Of a stretch of 64,000 bases of DNA, positions 36,533 to 45,918 are shown one piece after another. The notes under the pieces are model-generated. The model made no database searches, was not told the DNA's origin, and was given only the letters and a program-made list of their open reading frames with translations. A program made the translations under genes and the position numbers. Source of the stretch: a virus; IMG/VR virus record IMGVR_UViG_3300023110_001773, positions 32,001 through 96,000 of that record; one strand, written 5' to 3'. Each line of letters opens with the position of its first letter. Position 1 is the stretch's first letter.

Positions 36533-37120
36533 TTAACCAACAGATTTAATATTATATATTCGATATTTAAAGGAAGCTAATCCAACAAAGTAAGGGGAGT
36601 CTCCTGCTGACTGATCAAAGTCCAGTCCAGACAAAGCAACTGGAAACGCATCTCTGAAGACAATCTCTATGTTAGGATTGTCATTTGAATCTAAGACAAA
36701 TAAACTAGCATCACTTACTTGGGCAATTGCTTCTTGTTTATCTTTCCTAGCACTCTGCGTTCTCCATTTTTGAGTATTAACATAGTCGGTGAACTGTCTG
36801 TGTTTTTCTGGGAATCCAAGACCAATCATCCAGTTATACAACTCTTTATAATTTGTCATATCCTCTTGAATCAAAAAACGAATGTTTAAATCACCAAAGG
36901 TAATTTTGTCGCCTGGATATGGAATATCAGATAATGGGGTATTCTGTACTGGAAACCCCATATTTACATCTGGAATGTTTGCTCCCTGACAAAAGAATGC
37001 AACATGCGGGATGTTATGCACTTGGAATTTAAATCCATTCGGCCGCAAATAGTCTAATTCTGAACCAGACTGAGAAGTATATGTGCCGTTATTTACCGAA
37101 ATGGTTGGAGTGTAAGCCAT
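36533..37120 (-). CDS. 3: Tail completion / tube terminator
   Basis: FCQGANIP, PGDKITFGDL, EDMTNY, DAFP; synteny downstream of 23. Confidence 0.8.
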   Translation of the reverse strand: MAYTPTISVNNGTYTSQSGSELDYLRPNGFKFQVHNIPHVAFFCQGANIPDVNMGFPVQNTPLSDIPYPGDKITFGDLNIRFLIQEDMTNYKELYNWMIGLGFPEKHRQFTDYVNTQKWRTQSARKDKQEAIAQVSDASLFVLDSNDNPNIEIVFRDAFPVALSGLDFDQSAGDSPYFVGLASFKYRIYNIKSVG

Positions 37121-37473
37121 TAAAGACCTCTATTCTGTTTAGGATGCCATCTTCCATACATACAGTGAACCAACTCATGACCTATAAATTCTGGTTGATA
37201 GGACACCGCTGGGTCAATGATATAAATGGTGCAGTTGTTTGTAGCTGGTGACACTTTTCCAAATGCTGCAACCTTCTTCGCAGTCTCTTTGTCCATGTGC
37301 TTAGAAGCTTCCTTTTCCATGGCTTTTTCACTTTCTAGCACCACAATCGTGACACCCAAAGAAGTCTTTTCATACTCCTTTTCCTCAAAATAATAATCGT
37401 CTGCACCCTTTTTCGGTGATTGGTCACACGATGCAAGGAAGAGTAACAACACTGGCAGTATTAATTTTTTCAT
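37120..37473 (-). CDS. Lipoprotein with HExxH motif
   Basis: LASC lipobox, GHELVH; own late promoter TATAAATA at 37479-37486. Confidence 0.6.
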   Translation of the reverse strand: MKKLILPVLLLFLASCDQSPKKGADDYYFEEKEYEKTSLGVTIVVLESEKAMEKEASKHMDKETAKKVAAFGKVSPATNNCTIYIIDPAVSYQPEFIGHELVHCMYGRWHPKQNRGL

Positions 37474-37501
37474 GCCACTATTTATAATGATTGTGAGCCA
37501 T

Positions 37502-37528
37502 AAAAAAAGGGACTCCGAAGAGTCCCTT
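37502..37528 (-). terminator. Rho-independent terminator after gene 23
   Basis: AAGGGACTC-TTCG-GAGTCCCTT followed by a T-run. Confidence 0.9.
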
Positions 37529-37557
37529 AAAACGATCCCTTATGGGGATTCTTTTTA

Positions 37558-38832
37558 TTACATCAGGTTAGTAACCTTGACTGAACGGTAGTACTGGTTA
37601 CGATCAGCAGTGAAAGTATCTGCGTCAGTAGCACCACCATCAGTAGTAGTGACGTAAGGGTTAGCAATCATACCGTAACGAGTCTTGAAGCCAATCTTGG
37701 GCTGGAAGGTGTTAGGATCGATTGCCCGTACCATCTGGAGAGGTACATAGGGGCAGTAGAACAGACCGGCGTCATAAGGTGAAGTACCCTTGTAACCCGC
37801 AACGTAGAACTGAGCAGAAGCACCAGTGTTTGCAGAGTAAGGATCAATGTATACCTTATAACGACCATTTAGTACACCAGCAAAAGTGTTACCAGTGTCG
37901 TCAACATTCAGGTTCGTGTTCAACGCAGGGTTGTAATCAAGTACACCAGCCATAGACAGGGCAGAAGCAACATCTGAAGAACAGATGATGAAGTTACCCT
38001 TCCCTCTACGAGTGTCTTGTGCAATTACGTTAGCATCTCTTTCGATGTTGAAGAGAAGACCCTTGAATCTTTCAACAGACCAGCGACCATTTGAATCTAC
38101 GTCAAGGTCGAAAGTACCAGGCGTTGCAGTAGAAGCAGCACCAGTCTTAGCGACTTTGTAGATTGTACGGATCACTTCACGGTTGATTTCAGCAAGGATT
38201 TCCTGAGACAGAATGTTTGACAACTCTGACTCAGCGTCCAGACCGTGAACTGCCTTGAGGTCTTGCGCCAATTCGACAGTGTATTCTGCCTTCAGAGCAC
38301 GAGACTTAGCAGTTACAGTGGTCTTCTCGATTGAGAATGCCATCTGGTTCAGTGTAGTACCACCCGAATCACCGAATACTTCAGCGGCGTCACGAGTTAC
38401 ACCAGTACCCGTGGTGTAAGCACCATCAACGGGGTTAGAACCAGCGTGAGTACCAGTACCAGAGAAGTCTGTGTCAGCTTCGTTGAACAGAGCTTCATCA
38501 CCAGTCTGTGAATCATAATGCGACTTCATCGCAAAGATCAGACCAGTAGGGCCAGTCATAGGTTGAACACCAGCAACGTCATATGCCATCAGGTTAGGCA
38601 ACGCACGGCGAACGAGAGAGATCAGGATCGGATCGTAGGTATCGATCTCACCAGACATGTTGTTAGCGTGTACCGCTTCAGAGAAAACGGCTTTCTCTTC
38701 ACGGAGAGCCTTTTCTTGGTTCTCCAGAATTACAGAAGTTACTGCCTTACGATAAGGGTCAGTAATCTCTTGCAGATCGGGATGATCCAGAACAGGACTC
38801 CACTTTTTTTGGATTTCTTCGGAAAGATACAT
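37558..38832 (-). CDS. 23: Major capsid protein
   Basis: KWSPVL, VQPMTGPTGLIFAM, KSRALKAEY, YCPYVPL, FKTRYG; late promoter at 38873-38880. Confidence 0.97.
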   Translation of the reverse strand: MYLSEEIQKKWSPVLDHPDLQEITDPYRKAVTSVILENQEKALREEKAVFSEAVHANNMSGEIDTYDPILISLVRRALPNLMAYDVAGVQPMTGPTGLIFAMKSHYDSQTGDEALFNEADTDFSGTGTHAGSNPVDGAYTTGTGVTRDAAEVFGDSGGTTLNQMAFSIEKTTVTAKSRALKAEYTVELAQDLKAVHGLDAESELSNILSQEILAEINREVIRTIYKVAKTGAASTATPGTFDLDVDSNGRWSVERFKGLLFNIERDANVIAQDTRRGKGNFIICSSDVASALSMAGVLDYNPALNTNLNVDDTGNTFAGVLNGRYKVYIDPYSANTGASAQFYVAGYKGTSPYDAGLFYCPYVPLQMVRAIDPNTFQPKIGFKTRYGMIANPYVTTTDGGATDADTFTADRNQYYRSVKVTNLM

Positions 38833-38886
38833 TGTAGTCTCCTTGATTTTGGTTTTTGTTTTTACCTAAGTTTATTTATAAAAGTT

Positions 38887-40107
38887 TTACTTTTTGATTT
38901 GTTTTGAAATAGCCTGAGCATACTTATTGATAGATGAACTTTCCTCAAGGAAACTAGAGTCAACTGTATCAGTCAACTTTTCATCTTCAGTTTCAACACT
39001 TTGTTTGGGGAAATAGTTTTCCTTAACAACGGAAACCTTTTCAGCGAACAACTCTGAACTACCGAAGTCTACATCAACAAGAAGTGAAGACAGTTTTTCT
39101 GATTCTGTCATTGTCAAATCTTCTGAGGCCTCAGCGATGATTTTCTCACGCATCATTGTCTCTTTCTCAGAAGAAAGGGCAACTTCACGCTCGATACTCT
39201 CGTTGAGTTTTGACTTTAGTTCTTCGATTTCGCTTTCCATTTCACCAAGTACATCGTACTTTTCTTCGGGCACTTCAATGTAGTGTTCGGTGAAAACAGT
39301 TTTCAGAGACTTGATAAAGTCTTCTGTAATTTCTGTGCGGAGACCACGCTCAATGGCGAGCTCGTTCTCTTTCATCCAGTTCTCAGCAACATAGTTGAGG
39401 TAAGAATCAATTTTCTCAACCATTTCTTCTTTGAACTGTTCTTTCTCGGCAGCAAATTCTTCAGCAAGTTCTGCCTGAATTGATTCGATCTCATTGGCAA
39501 GGCGAGCAGTAACAACTGTCTCGAAAAGATCAGCAGCCTTAACCTTGAAGTCTTCTGAAAGATGTTCTTCGTCAGCAAACAGATTCATGATGTCGCCTTC
39601 AAAAAGATTTTCGGAATCGTCTTCTTCTTCTTCGATTTCCTCTTCTTCTGCAACAACTTCTGTTTCTTCCTCTTCAGAATCAACTTCTTCTTCTGAAATT
39701 ACTTCGTCTTCCTCAGACTCTTCTACTTCTTCTCTTGCAACGTTGCCCTTAGATGAAGCCTGTGCAACTACTTTGCGGGGGTCTTCTTCATCTTCAAAGT
39801 TGGGGGCATCGCCTGCACCTTGGTTTGTAAGCTCACCAGACTGACTCATCTTGTCAGCAGCAGCCTTACCTACAGAAGATGTCAAACCACCATGCTTGTC
39901 ACCTGTACCAGAAAGGTCTTGCATTTCTGGTGAAGGGTTAGAACTGCCTTGTGTAGGATTCTTGGAATCACCAGGCGTTGCATTGGGCTTCAGATTTTCC
40001 GCCGCAGCCTTCTCTTCCAGTTCATTGACTTCTTCAGCAAGGTCAAGAGCTTCTTCAATCTCTTTGCCTTTCTTGAGAAAGTCTCTGATTTTACTTTCTA
40101 CGCTCAT
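38887..40107 (-). CDS. 22: Prohead core scaffold protein
   Basis: Very acidic; LSEDFKVKA, YLNYVAENWM; late promoter at 40143-40150. Confidence 0.9.
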   Translation of the reverse strand: MSVESKIRDFLKKGKEIEEALDLAEEVNELEEKAAAENLKPNATPGDSKNPTQGSSNPSPEMQDLSGTGDKHGGLTSSVGKAAADKMSQSGELTNQGAGDAPNFEDEEDPRKVVAQASSKGNVAREEVEESEEDEVISEEEVDSEEEETEVVAEEEEIEEEEDDSENLFEGDIMNLFADEEHLSEDFKVKAADLFETVVTARLANEIESIQAELAEEFAAEKEQFKEEMVEKIDSYLNYVAENWMKENELAIERGLRTEITEDFIKSLKTVFTEHYIEVPEEKYDVLGEMESEIEELKSKLNESIEREVALSSEKETMMREKIIAEASEDLTMTESEKLSSLLVDVDFGSSELFAEKVSVVKENYFPKQSVETEDEKLTDTVDSSFLEESSSINKYAQAISKQIKK

Positions 40108-40155
40108 GATTTTCTCCTTTGAGATTTTGCGTTACTGATAATTATTTATACAAAA

Positions 40156-40809
40156 TTATATTTTAGATAGACGATCTAGGAATGAACTAAACACTGCAAG
40201 TTTCTGTTCCTCCAGTTCACGAGAACTAGACTTTTTAATAACAGATTGTGCAATGTCCATTTCTCTTTCAGTCCATACACCGTTTATCATCATCCATTCT
40301 TTGTTCTCCATAATACCTCTAACAAAGGCATCTGGAGCAGAAGGGTCTGCCACGATATCAGCAGCAGTCGAAAGAACAAAATCATCTTGTACTTCGTTGA
40401 TGCCGTTCTTCTCTTTAAGTGAACCAAGACCTCTTGAACTCACTCCGAGTTGTGCGCCTTCATCCATTAAATTCTTAACGATATTCCCCATAGGAGTGTC
40501 TAGGATTTTTGCCTTGCCAATCCAGTTATCGCCATCTTCTTTCAAAGAAGTAATCATATGAGATACACGATCTAGATTCAGAGTCGGGCCTTCTGGATGA
40601 CCCAGTTCACCCATCGCTCTCTTCTTGTCGATCTGTTCGGTTCGGTATCTATCTACTTCTTTACGCATAATCTCCTTGGGATAAGAACGATTATTGCGAT
40701 TGGTGATATTAGATTGCAAGAAAACACCTTCAATGTAAAGGTTTCTCTTACCATTTTTTTCTTCTGAGATATATTGAATATCTTCAGTAACTTCCGTAAT
40801 TAGTTTCAT
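40156..40809 (-). CDS. 21: Prohead protease
   Basis: MKLITE start, GELGHP, VSSRGLGS, DIVADPSAP. Confidence 0.95.
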   Translation of the reverse strand: MKLITEVTEDIQYISEEKNGKRNLYIEGVFLQSNITNRNNRSYPKEIMRKEVDRYRTEQIDKKRAMGELGHPEGPTLNLDRVSHMITSLKEDGDNWIGKAKILDTPMGNIVKNLMDEGAQLGVSSRGLGSLKEKNGINEVQDDFVLSTAADIVADPSAPDAFVRGIMENKEWMMINGVWTEREMDIAQSVIKKSSSRELEEQKLAVFSSFLDRLSKI

Positions 40810-41195
40810 TAGCCTAGGTCTCCTTGATCTTGATGTTGCTGCGGGCCAAAACCAGAAACCTTTGACAACTCCAACCAAAGAACTGCATCACCGTTTGAAA
40901 TTGCTACGTCAATGTCTTGATCATTTTCTGTGTTCTCTACCCAACCATACCAATCGGTGAAACCAGTGCCGTGGACATGCATGATATCAACACTGTTACG
41001 AGAGATAGTTACTGAGGCGTTTTTGTCACAGTTCCAATGTACTCTTGTGATATTAACTTCTGGAGAAGTGGCGGTCTCGGTGGATTTTTTAATATCTACG
41101 TCAAGATCAATAGAACCACTATCCCCACCAGTACCAGAACAACGAACAACGGCCTGTACTTGGGTCAGTTTTAAATTGGATTTAGCGAATGCCAT
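40809..41195 (-). CDS. Hypothetical head-region protein
   Basis: Lies between the portal and protease genes; GGAG RBS. Confidence 0.55.
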   Translation of the reverse strand: MAFAKSNLKLTQVQAVVRCSGTGGDSGSIDLDVDIKKSTETATSPEVNITRVHWNCDKNASVTISRNSVDIMHVHGTGFTDWYGWVENTENDQDIDVAISNGDAVLWLELSKVSGFGPQQHQDQGDLG

Positions 41196-41207
41196 CTATC
41201 GTCTCCG

Positions 41208-41552
41208 TTACTTTTTCTTGTGGTTACCGTGAGATGATTCTTCAATCACCTCAAGAGCATATGTTTCGCAGTGCTCAATACCATGTTCAAACATGACTTT
41301 GTACCACCAAACGTTTCCGTTAGCATCTGGTTCCGCATGTTCACCCATAATTGGTTTTCCTTCACCAAACTTGGGATGTACCACCTTTGTAGCACACATG
41401 TGAGTCAGTTTAGGTTCTTCGGAACCACCCTGTTTGGGTGGAGTCTTATCCCCTTCGATGCCATCTTCAGCAGGATGGTTTGCAATAGGTTCTTCTTTTG
41501 AAACCTTCTCTACGGGTTTAGCTTCTTCACGGAAATCTCTAAACGTCTTCAT
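41208..41552 (-). CDS. Putative prohead core/internal protein
   Basis: Starts MKTFRDFREE, like the T4 internal-protein capsid-targeting sequence. Confidence 0.55.
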   Translation of the reverse strand: MKTFRDFREEAKPVEKVSKEEPIANHPAEDGIEGDKTPPKQGGSEEPKLTHMCATKVVHPKFGEGKPIMGEHAEPDANGNVWWYKVMFEHGIEHCETYALEVIEESSHGNHKKK

Positions 41553-41808
41553 CTGACTCTTCCTCTGATTCTTCTGGGGTTGCTTCCAAACCCATCTTCT
41601 GCATTTCTGGATCATTAAAAATAGCAGGAGCAATTTCGGATTTTCTTACCGCAAGCATGTCATCAGCACGTTTGTTCATCATTGCAAAAAAATCATCATT
41701 AGCACCAGCGAGGTCACCATCAGCCCATTTATCCATCATCTGTCTGATAGAATCTTGAGGACTAACCTCGTCCTGTACTTCCAACTCTACTGTTTCTGCT
41801 TCACTCAT
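41539..41808 (-). CDS. gp67-like small acidic prohead core protein
   Basis: Acidic small protein directly after the portal gene. Confidence 0.5.
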   Translation of the reverse strand: MSEAETVELEVQDEVSPQDSIRQMMDKWADGDLAGANDDFFAMMNKRADDMLAVRKSEIAPAIFNDPEMQKMGLEATPEESEEESDEDV

Positions 41809-43309
41809 TTGAATCTCCAATCACATTATCTTCTGGTTGACTTGCTCCAATCTGTTTGTCCATCAAAGCAATTTCTTCATCGGTAAATCTCAAGATGTTT
41901 TTCTGAACATACTCTTTACTGAACAACTGTCCAACGAAAGGTGCAACGTTATTCAAAATTTCTATTCTACTTCTCAAAACCTCTTGTTCTTTTGACTCTG
42001 TATAGTAAGCATCTGACGCAAACTTATACTGAATACTTTCTCGCAATTCTGGCCATTCTGATTCATTTATGACTCCTTTGAGTATCAACTGAGTCTTTAA
42101 TAGATCATCAAACACACCAGAAAATCTTCTTCTTAACTTAGAAATAAACTTTGTAAACTTTAATTCATCTCTAGTAATCTCAGCAGATCGACCAAAGTTT
42201 AATCCAGTTTGTTGTTCTAGTCTAGAGATAGGAACGTTAAGAGATTGATACAACTTCTTCTGGAAGTAGTTTACGTCTTCAATCTCACCCAAGTTTTGTC
42301 CACCAGGCAATGTTTGAATCTCCGTACCTCTGCCACCTTCTTTTCGTGGTAACCAGAAATCTTCAAGCATTGACATGAACTTCTTGTCGTCTCTAATTTC
42401 TCCAGTCTCGGAATCGTAAACCAACTTATTACGATACCTATTCATAACATCTTTTAGATACTGTTCCGCCTTATTAGTAGGCAGGTTGCCAACATCTATA
42501 TAAAAAATTCTTCTTTCTGGAGAACGTGTGATACGATAAATCACTACAGCATTCTCCATCATCCTAAGTTGGTTAGCAGGACGAATTGCCTTGTGCAAAA
42601 AGGACAGAGGTATATTTCTGTCCTGATCTACTAGACCAGATGTGCAATAACACACCGCATCTTTACTAACCTTGATTGCTTTGTCGTTAGCAACATCTGT
42701 TTTATACATCTGGTTGCTATTCAGAGCAATACCTTTTTCATCATAAACAAAATACTCGTTGACTTCTTTTACCAAAGTTACCTGAGTCTTTGCATCTTTT
42801 TCCTTTTTAATTTCCCTGACCTTTCGGATTTTCCTTGGGTCAACGTATCGAATGTCTTTAATCCCATCTTTGGGTTTAGTACCATCCACTACTTTGTGGA
42901 AATAAATTCTACCATCAATGTACCATCGTCTGAAATAATCTTGAGCTTTAGTATTAAAATCCAAGATAGTCATGATATTGTTAAACTCTTCCGCAATAGC
43001 CTTCTTGACAGTGGCCGGTTGAGAAACATTATCCAGATCGATCTGTACTGGTTTTTCATCATCAAAGTTTGATATAGCATCGTTGACCACATCTTCAATA
43101 GCTGCGTCAACATCTCCCATCATGGAGATATCTCTATATCTTTTAATTAGCTGACTTTCATTATTGGCAGTACCTTCAATATCAAAGTATGTGCCGTAAT
43201 ATCCACCAGCCTTAATAGCCTCAAGCGATCCGTCATCATGGGGAGCTACGAAAGACTTCTCTCCCTTAGATGGTTTGGATCGCTCGATTGTGTATCCAAA
43301 CAATTCCAT
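41801..43309 (-). CDS. 20: Portal protein
   Basis: WYIDGR, YRITRSPERRIFYIDVGN, EDFWLPR, TLPGG. Confidence 0.97.
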   Translation of the reverse strand: MELFGYTIERSKPSKGEKSFVAPHDDGSLEAIKAGGYYGTYFDIEGTANNESQLIKRYRDISMMGDVDAAIEDVVNDAISNFDDEKPVQIDLDNVSQPATVKKAIAEEFNNIMTILDFNTKAQDYFRRWYIDGRIYFHKVVDGTKPKDGIKDIRYVDPRKIRKVREIKKEKDAKTQVTLVKEVNEYFVYDEKGIALNSNQMYKTDVANDKAIKVSKDAVCYCTSGLVDQDRNIPLSFLHKAIRPANQLRMMENAVVIYRITRSPERRIFYIDVGNLPTNKAEQYLKDVMNRYRNKLVYDSETGEIRDDKKFMSMLEDFWLPRKEGGRGTEIQTLPGGQNLGEIEDVNYFQKKLYQSLNVPISRLEQQTGLNFGRSAEITRDELKFTKFISKLRRRFSGVFDDLLKTQLILKGVINESEWPELRESIQYKFASDAYYTESKEQEVLRSRIEILNNVAPFVGQLFSKEYVQKNILRFTDEEIALMDKQIGASQPEDNVIGDSNE

Positions 43310-43335
43310 AATTTACCCTAGTTACTGAGACTATA

Positions 43336-43851
43336 TTAAGCTACATCGTAGGATGTATACTGGAAAGTCACCGTAAACTCTTCAAAAATATCATTTTGTG
43401 CATAGTTCAATGCGATTTCTGACATCTGAATCGGAAACGCATTGCGAAGGGTGTAAACACCACCAGGCAATACAGCGTCATTTCGATCTAGATGTTCAAC
43501 AATAACATCCGTTTGGTAATCACGAGGTGTAAGAACACCAGTGTTGTCTTCACGATTATTCATTCCGTCCATCCATTGTTCAAATGGTGTTCTAAGACTG
43601 AACTCAGAATCGTTTACAACCGTAATTGTCCACGGATCAAAGATACGTTCACCAGCCAACTTAACCTCACGACCCCTATACTGAATGATAGCGGGGTTTA
43701 CGTTGGATGCTGGTAACGCAGCGCCCGTTACAAGCAGACTATAAGAGGGATCAACACCAGCCACATAAGAGGGAAAACCAAGTTTCACTCTAAACTGGTT
43801 AGGTCTTGCACCTCCGGCGCCAAGTCTTGACTTAAACTCTTCAATATTCAT
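43336..43851 (-). CDS. 19: Tail tube protein
   Basis: GGARPNQF, YRGREVKLAGER, WTITVVND. Confidence 0.95.
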   Translation of the reverse strand: MNIEEFKSRLGAGGARPNQFRVKLGFPSYVAGVDPSYSLLVTGAALPASNVNPAIIQYRGREVKLAGERIFDPWTITVVNDSEFSLRTPFEQWMDGMNNREDNTGVLTPRDYQTDVIVEHLDRNDAVLPGGVYTLRNAFPIQMSEIALNYAQNDIFEEFTVTFQYTSYDVA

Positions 43852-43890
43852 CTAACTTTTCTCCTAACTTTCTGTTATTTATTCTTACTA

Positions 43891-45861
43891 TTAAGCGCCA
43901 AGTTCTTCAAACGAGATGCCAGTTCTAGTAGCAATAAACGTCAGCGTGATGAAGTTAATAGACTTAGCAGGTTTAACGTAAATGTCAGCTCTAAATTCAT
44001 TAGAGTCAACAACCTGTGGAGTGTTATTTGTCTCGTCACAAACTACACGGAAGTCGTAGATACCTCTGCGACCCTGTACGTCTCTCAAGAACGGTTCTAC
44101 CAGTGCAACAAACTGCGCTCTTGTGAATGCATCGTTGAATTCAAACAACTGGAATTTAGCAGCAGTTGCAATTGCTTTCTCAAGAACAATAAACAATCTG
44201 CGAACGTTGATTCTATTGAAGGCAGAAGGTTTACCCAACATAGTCTTGTCACCGAAAAGAACGATACCAGCTTCTGGTGTGTTCATTACGGGGTTAATTC
44301 CTCTAGAGTACAGTGTGTCTCTAGCAGCTTTTCTCGGAGACCATGCAAGTTTAATTGCATTTTTAATGATGCCACGATTCAAACCAGCAGGAGAGAACCA
44401 AGGATCATTCCCCTGATCAGTAACAACACAACAACCAGCAACGTCACCATTAAGGGGAACATATACATATCGGTCATTGTACTTGTCATACTGATATTTC
44501 CAACCACTATCGAAAACACCATAAGATGATCTAGTATAAGCACCAAAGTCGGCCTGACCAGTAATGTCTGTAAGTTCGTCACCCTCGTTATTAACAACAC
44601 TTGATCTCTGCGGCGAGATAAATGCAAGACAGTCTTTACGAACTTCAGCGATATTATCAAGAACAAAATCACCAACAGTTGTTGGATGTGCTGAAGTCAA
44701 GACAAGAGCAACATCAACCAATTCATCATTGGCGAACAGGAGGTATCCATCTTGAATATCTCCAGTTGCCGGATCGTCATCAACACCACCACTCAAAGAA
44801 AGAGACTGGTCTGTGTCACCTATCACCAAAGTGTCAAAGACGATTCCGCCAGAAGCACCAGCAGTACTTTCGCCCCAGTTTGAACCAACAGTAGGATGAT
44901 CCATCCACCAAATATACTTAGAACGATCATTGATTACGTTCTTGTAGTAATTGGTCTGGTTGAGATCGTCTTTAGCATCTCTTGCTTTAGAAACGCCTGC
45001 AAACTTCTCAAGGATAGTACCAGCACTACCACTGATGCCACCATCTTCATCGATGACAATTATGTGCATTTCATCGTATGAAGAACCGTTTTTCTCAGCC
45101 CAAGTTGTAGATGTGGGGATTGAATCAAACTCGTCTCTGTATACCCACTCCGATGTAGGAAGAGAAGCGGTAGCAGTCAAAACTACATCGGTTTCTCCAC
45201 CCTGACCATCGTCTTGTTTACAATTAAGAGTTACGGTTGGAGCAGTAATGTAACCGAAACCAGAATTGGTAACAGTGATGGCATTCACTACACCGGCAGT
45301 GATAGTTGCTGTTGCAGCGGCATTGATTCCACCAGCAGGAGCATCAGCAATATTTACTGATTCTACGCTGAGGATATCAACGTTGTTGGCCTGACTGCTA
45401 TCTACTGCAATACTTTTAATACTTGTAGTAGTGATTGAGGAAATGTCAGCCATCTCCACTTTAATGTTATTGCCAAGTGAACCAGCATATTTTGCAGCCC
45501 AAACACCGACAGAGGCAGCACCATTTGCAAACTGTTCTTGATAATTATCTTCGTTGGTGATCAAAAGGCCTGATGCGTCAGCAGTAGCATTTCTAGCAGC
45601 AGTCCCAACTTCTCTTACAGTTAAAAGATTTGATCCGTAAGCCAAGAAACTAGCAGCGGTCATAAAGTCATAGTAGACTTCGGTAGTAGGCCTACCAAAT
45701 CTTTCTACCAAATTATTTTCTGAATCAATTTGTACAATTTCGTGTACGGGGCCCCACTGAAAGTTACCAACAATTCCACCAATCGTAGTTGCGACTGCTG
45801 GAACAACGTTGGTAAGGTCTCTTTCTTGGACTAAGACGCCAGGTGAAATCTGGAAAGCCAT
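43891..45861 (-). CDS. 18: Tail sheath protein
   Basis: SPGV, FQWGP, PWFSPAG, INVRRLF, FEFND; late promoter at 45916-45923. Confidence 0.97.
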   Translation of the reverse strand: MAFQISPGVLVQERDLTNVVPAVATTIGGIVGNFQWGPVHEIVQIDSENNLVERFGRPTTEVYYDFMTAASFLAYGSNLLTVREVGTAARNATADASGLLITNEDNYQEQFANGAASVGVWAAKYAGSLGNNIKVEMADISSITTTSIKSIAVDSSQANNVDILSVESVNIADAPAGGINAAATATITAGVVNAITVTNSGFGYITAPTVTLNCKQDDGQGGETDVVLTATASLPTSEWVYRDEFDSIPTSTTWAEKNGSSYDEMHIIVIDEDGGISGSAGTILEKFAGVSKARDAKDDLNQTNYYKNVINDRSKYIWWMDHPTVGSNWGESTAGASGGIVFDTLVIGDTDQSLSLSGGVDDDPATGDIQDGYLLFANDELVDVALVLTSAHPTTVGDFVLDNIAEVRKDCLAFISPQRSSVVNNEGDELTDITGQADFGAYTRSSYGVFDSGWKYQYDKYNDRYVYVPLNGDVAGCCVVTDQGNDPWFSPAGLNRGIIKNAIKLAWSPRKAARDTLYSRGINPVMNTPEAGIVLFGDKTMLGKPSAFNRINVRRLFIVLEKAIATAAKFQLFEFNDAFTRAQFVALVEPFLRDVQGRRGIYDFRVVCDETNNTPQVVDSNEFRADIYVKPAKSINFITLTFIATRTGISFEELGA

Positions 45862-45918
45862 GTTGTTCTCCTTCGTATTTTGGTTTAAATACTAATAAAT
45901 AGTGTTCCTGAGAATTAT

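Noticed and set aside
40810-40878. N-terminal extension of gp21 in the ORF track; similar upstream extensions at 21698, 36103 and 41633
   Set aside because: They overlap upstream genes, and the downstream ATGs match conserved N-termini or coupled start/stop junctions.
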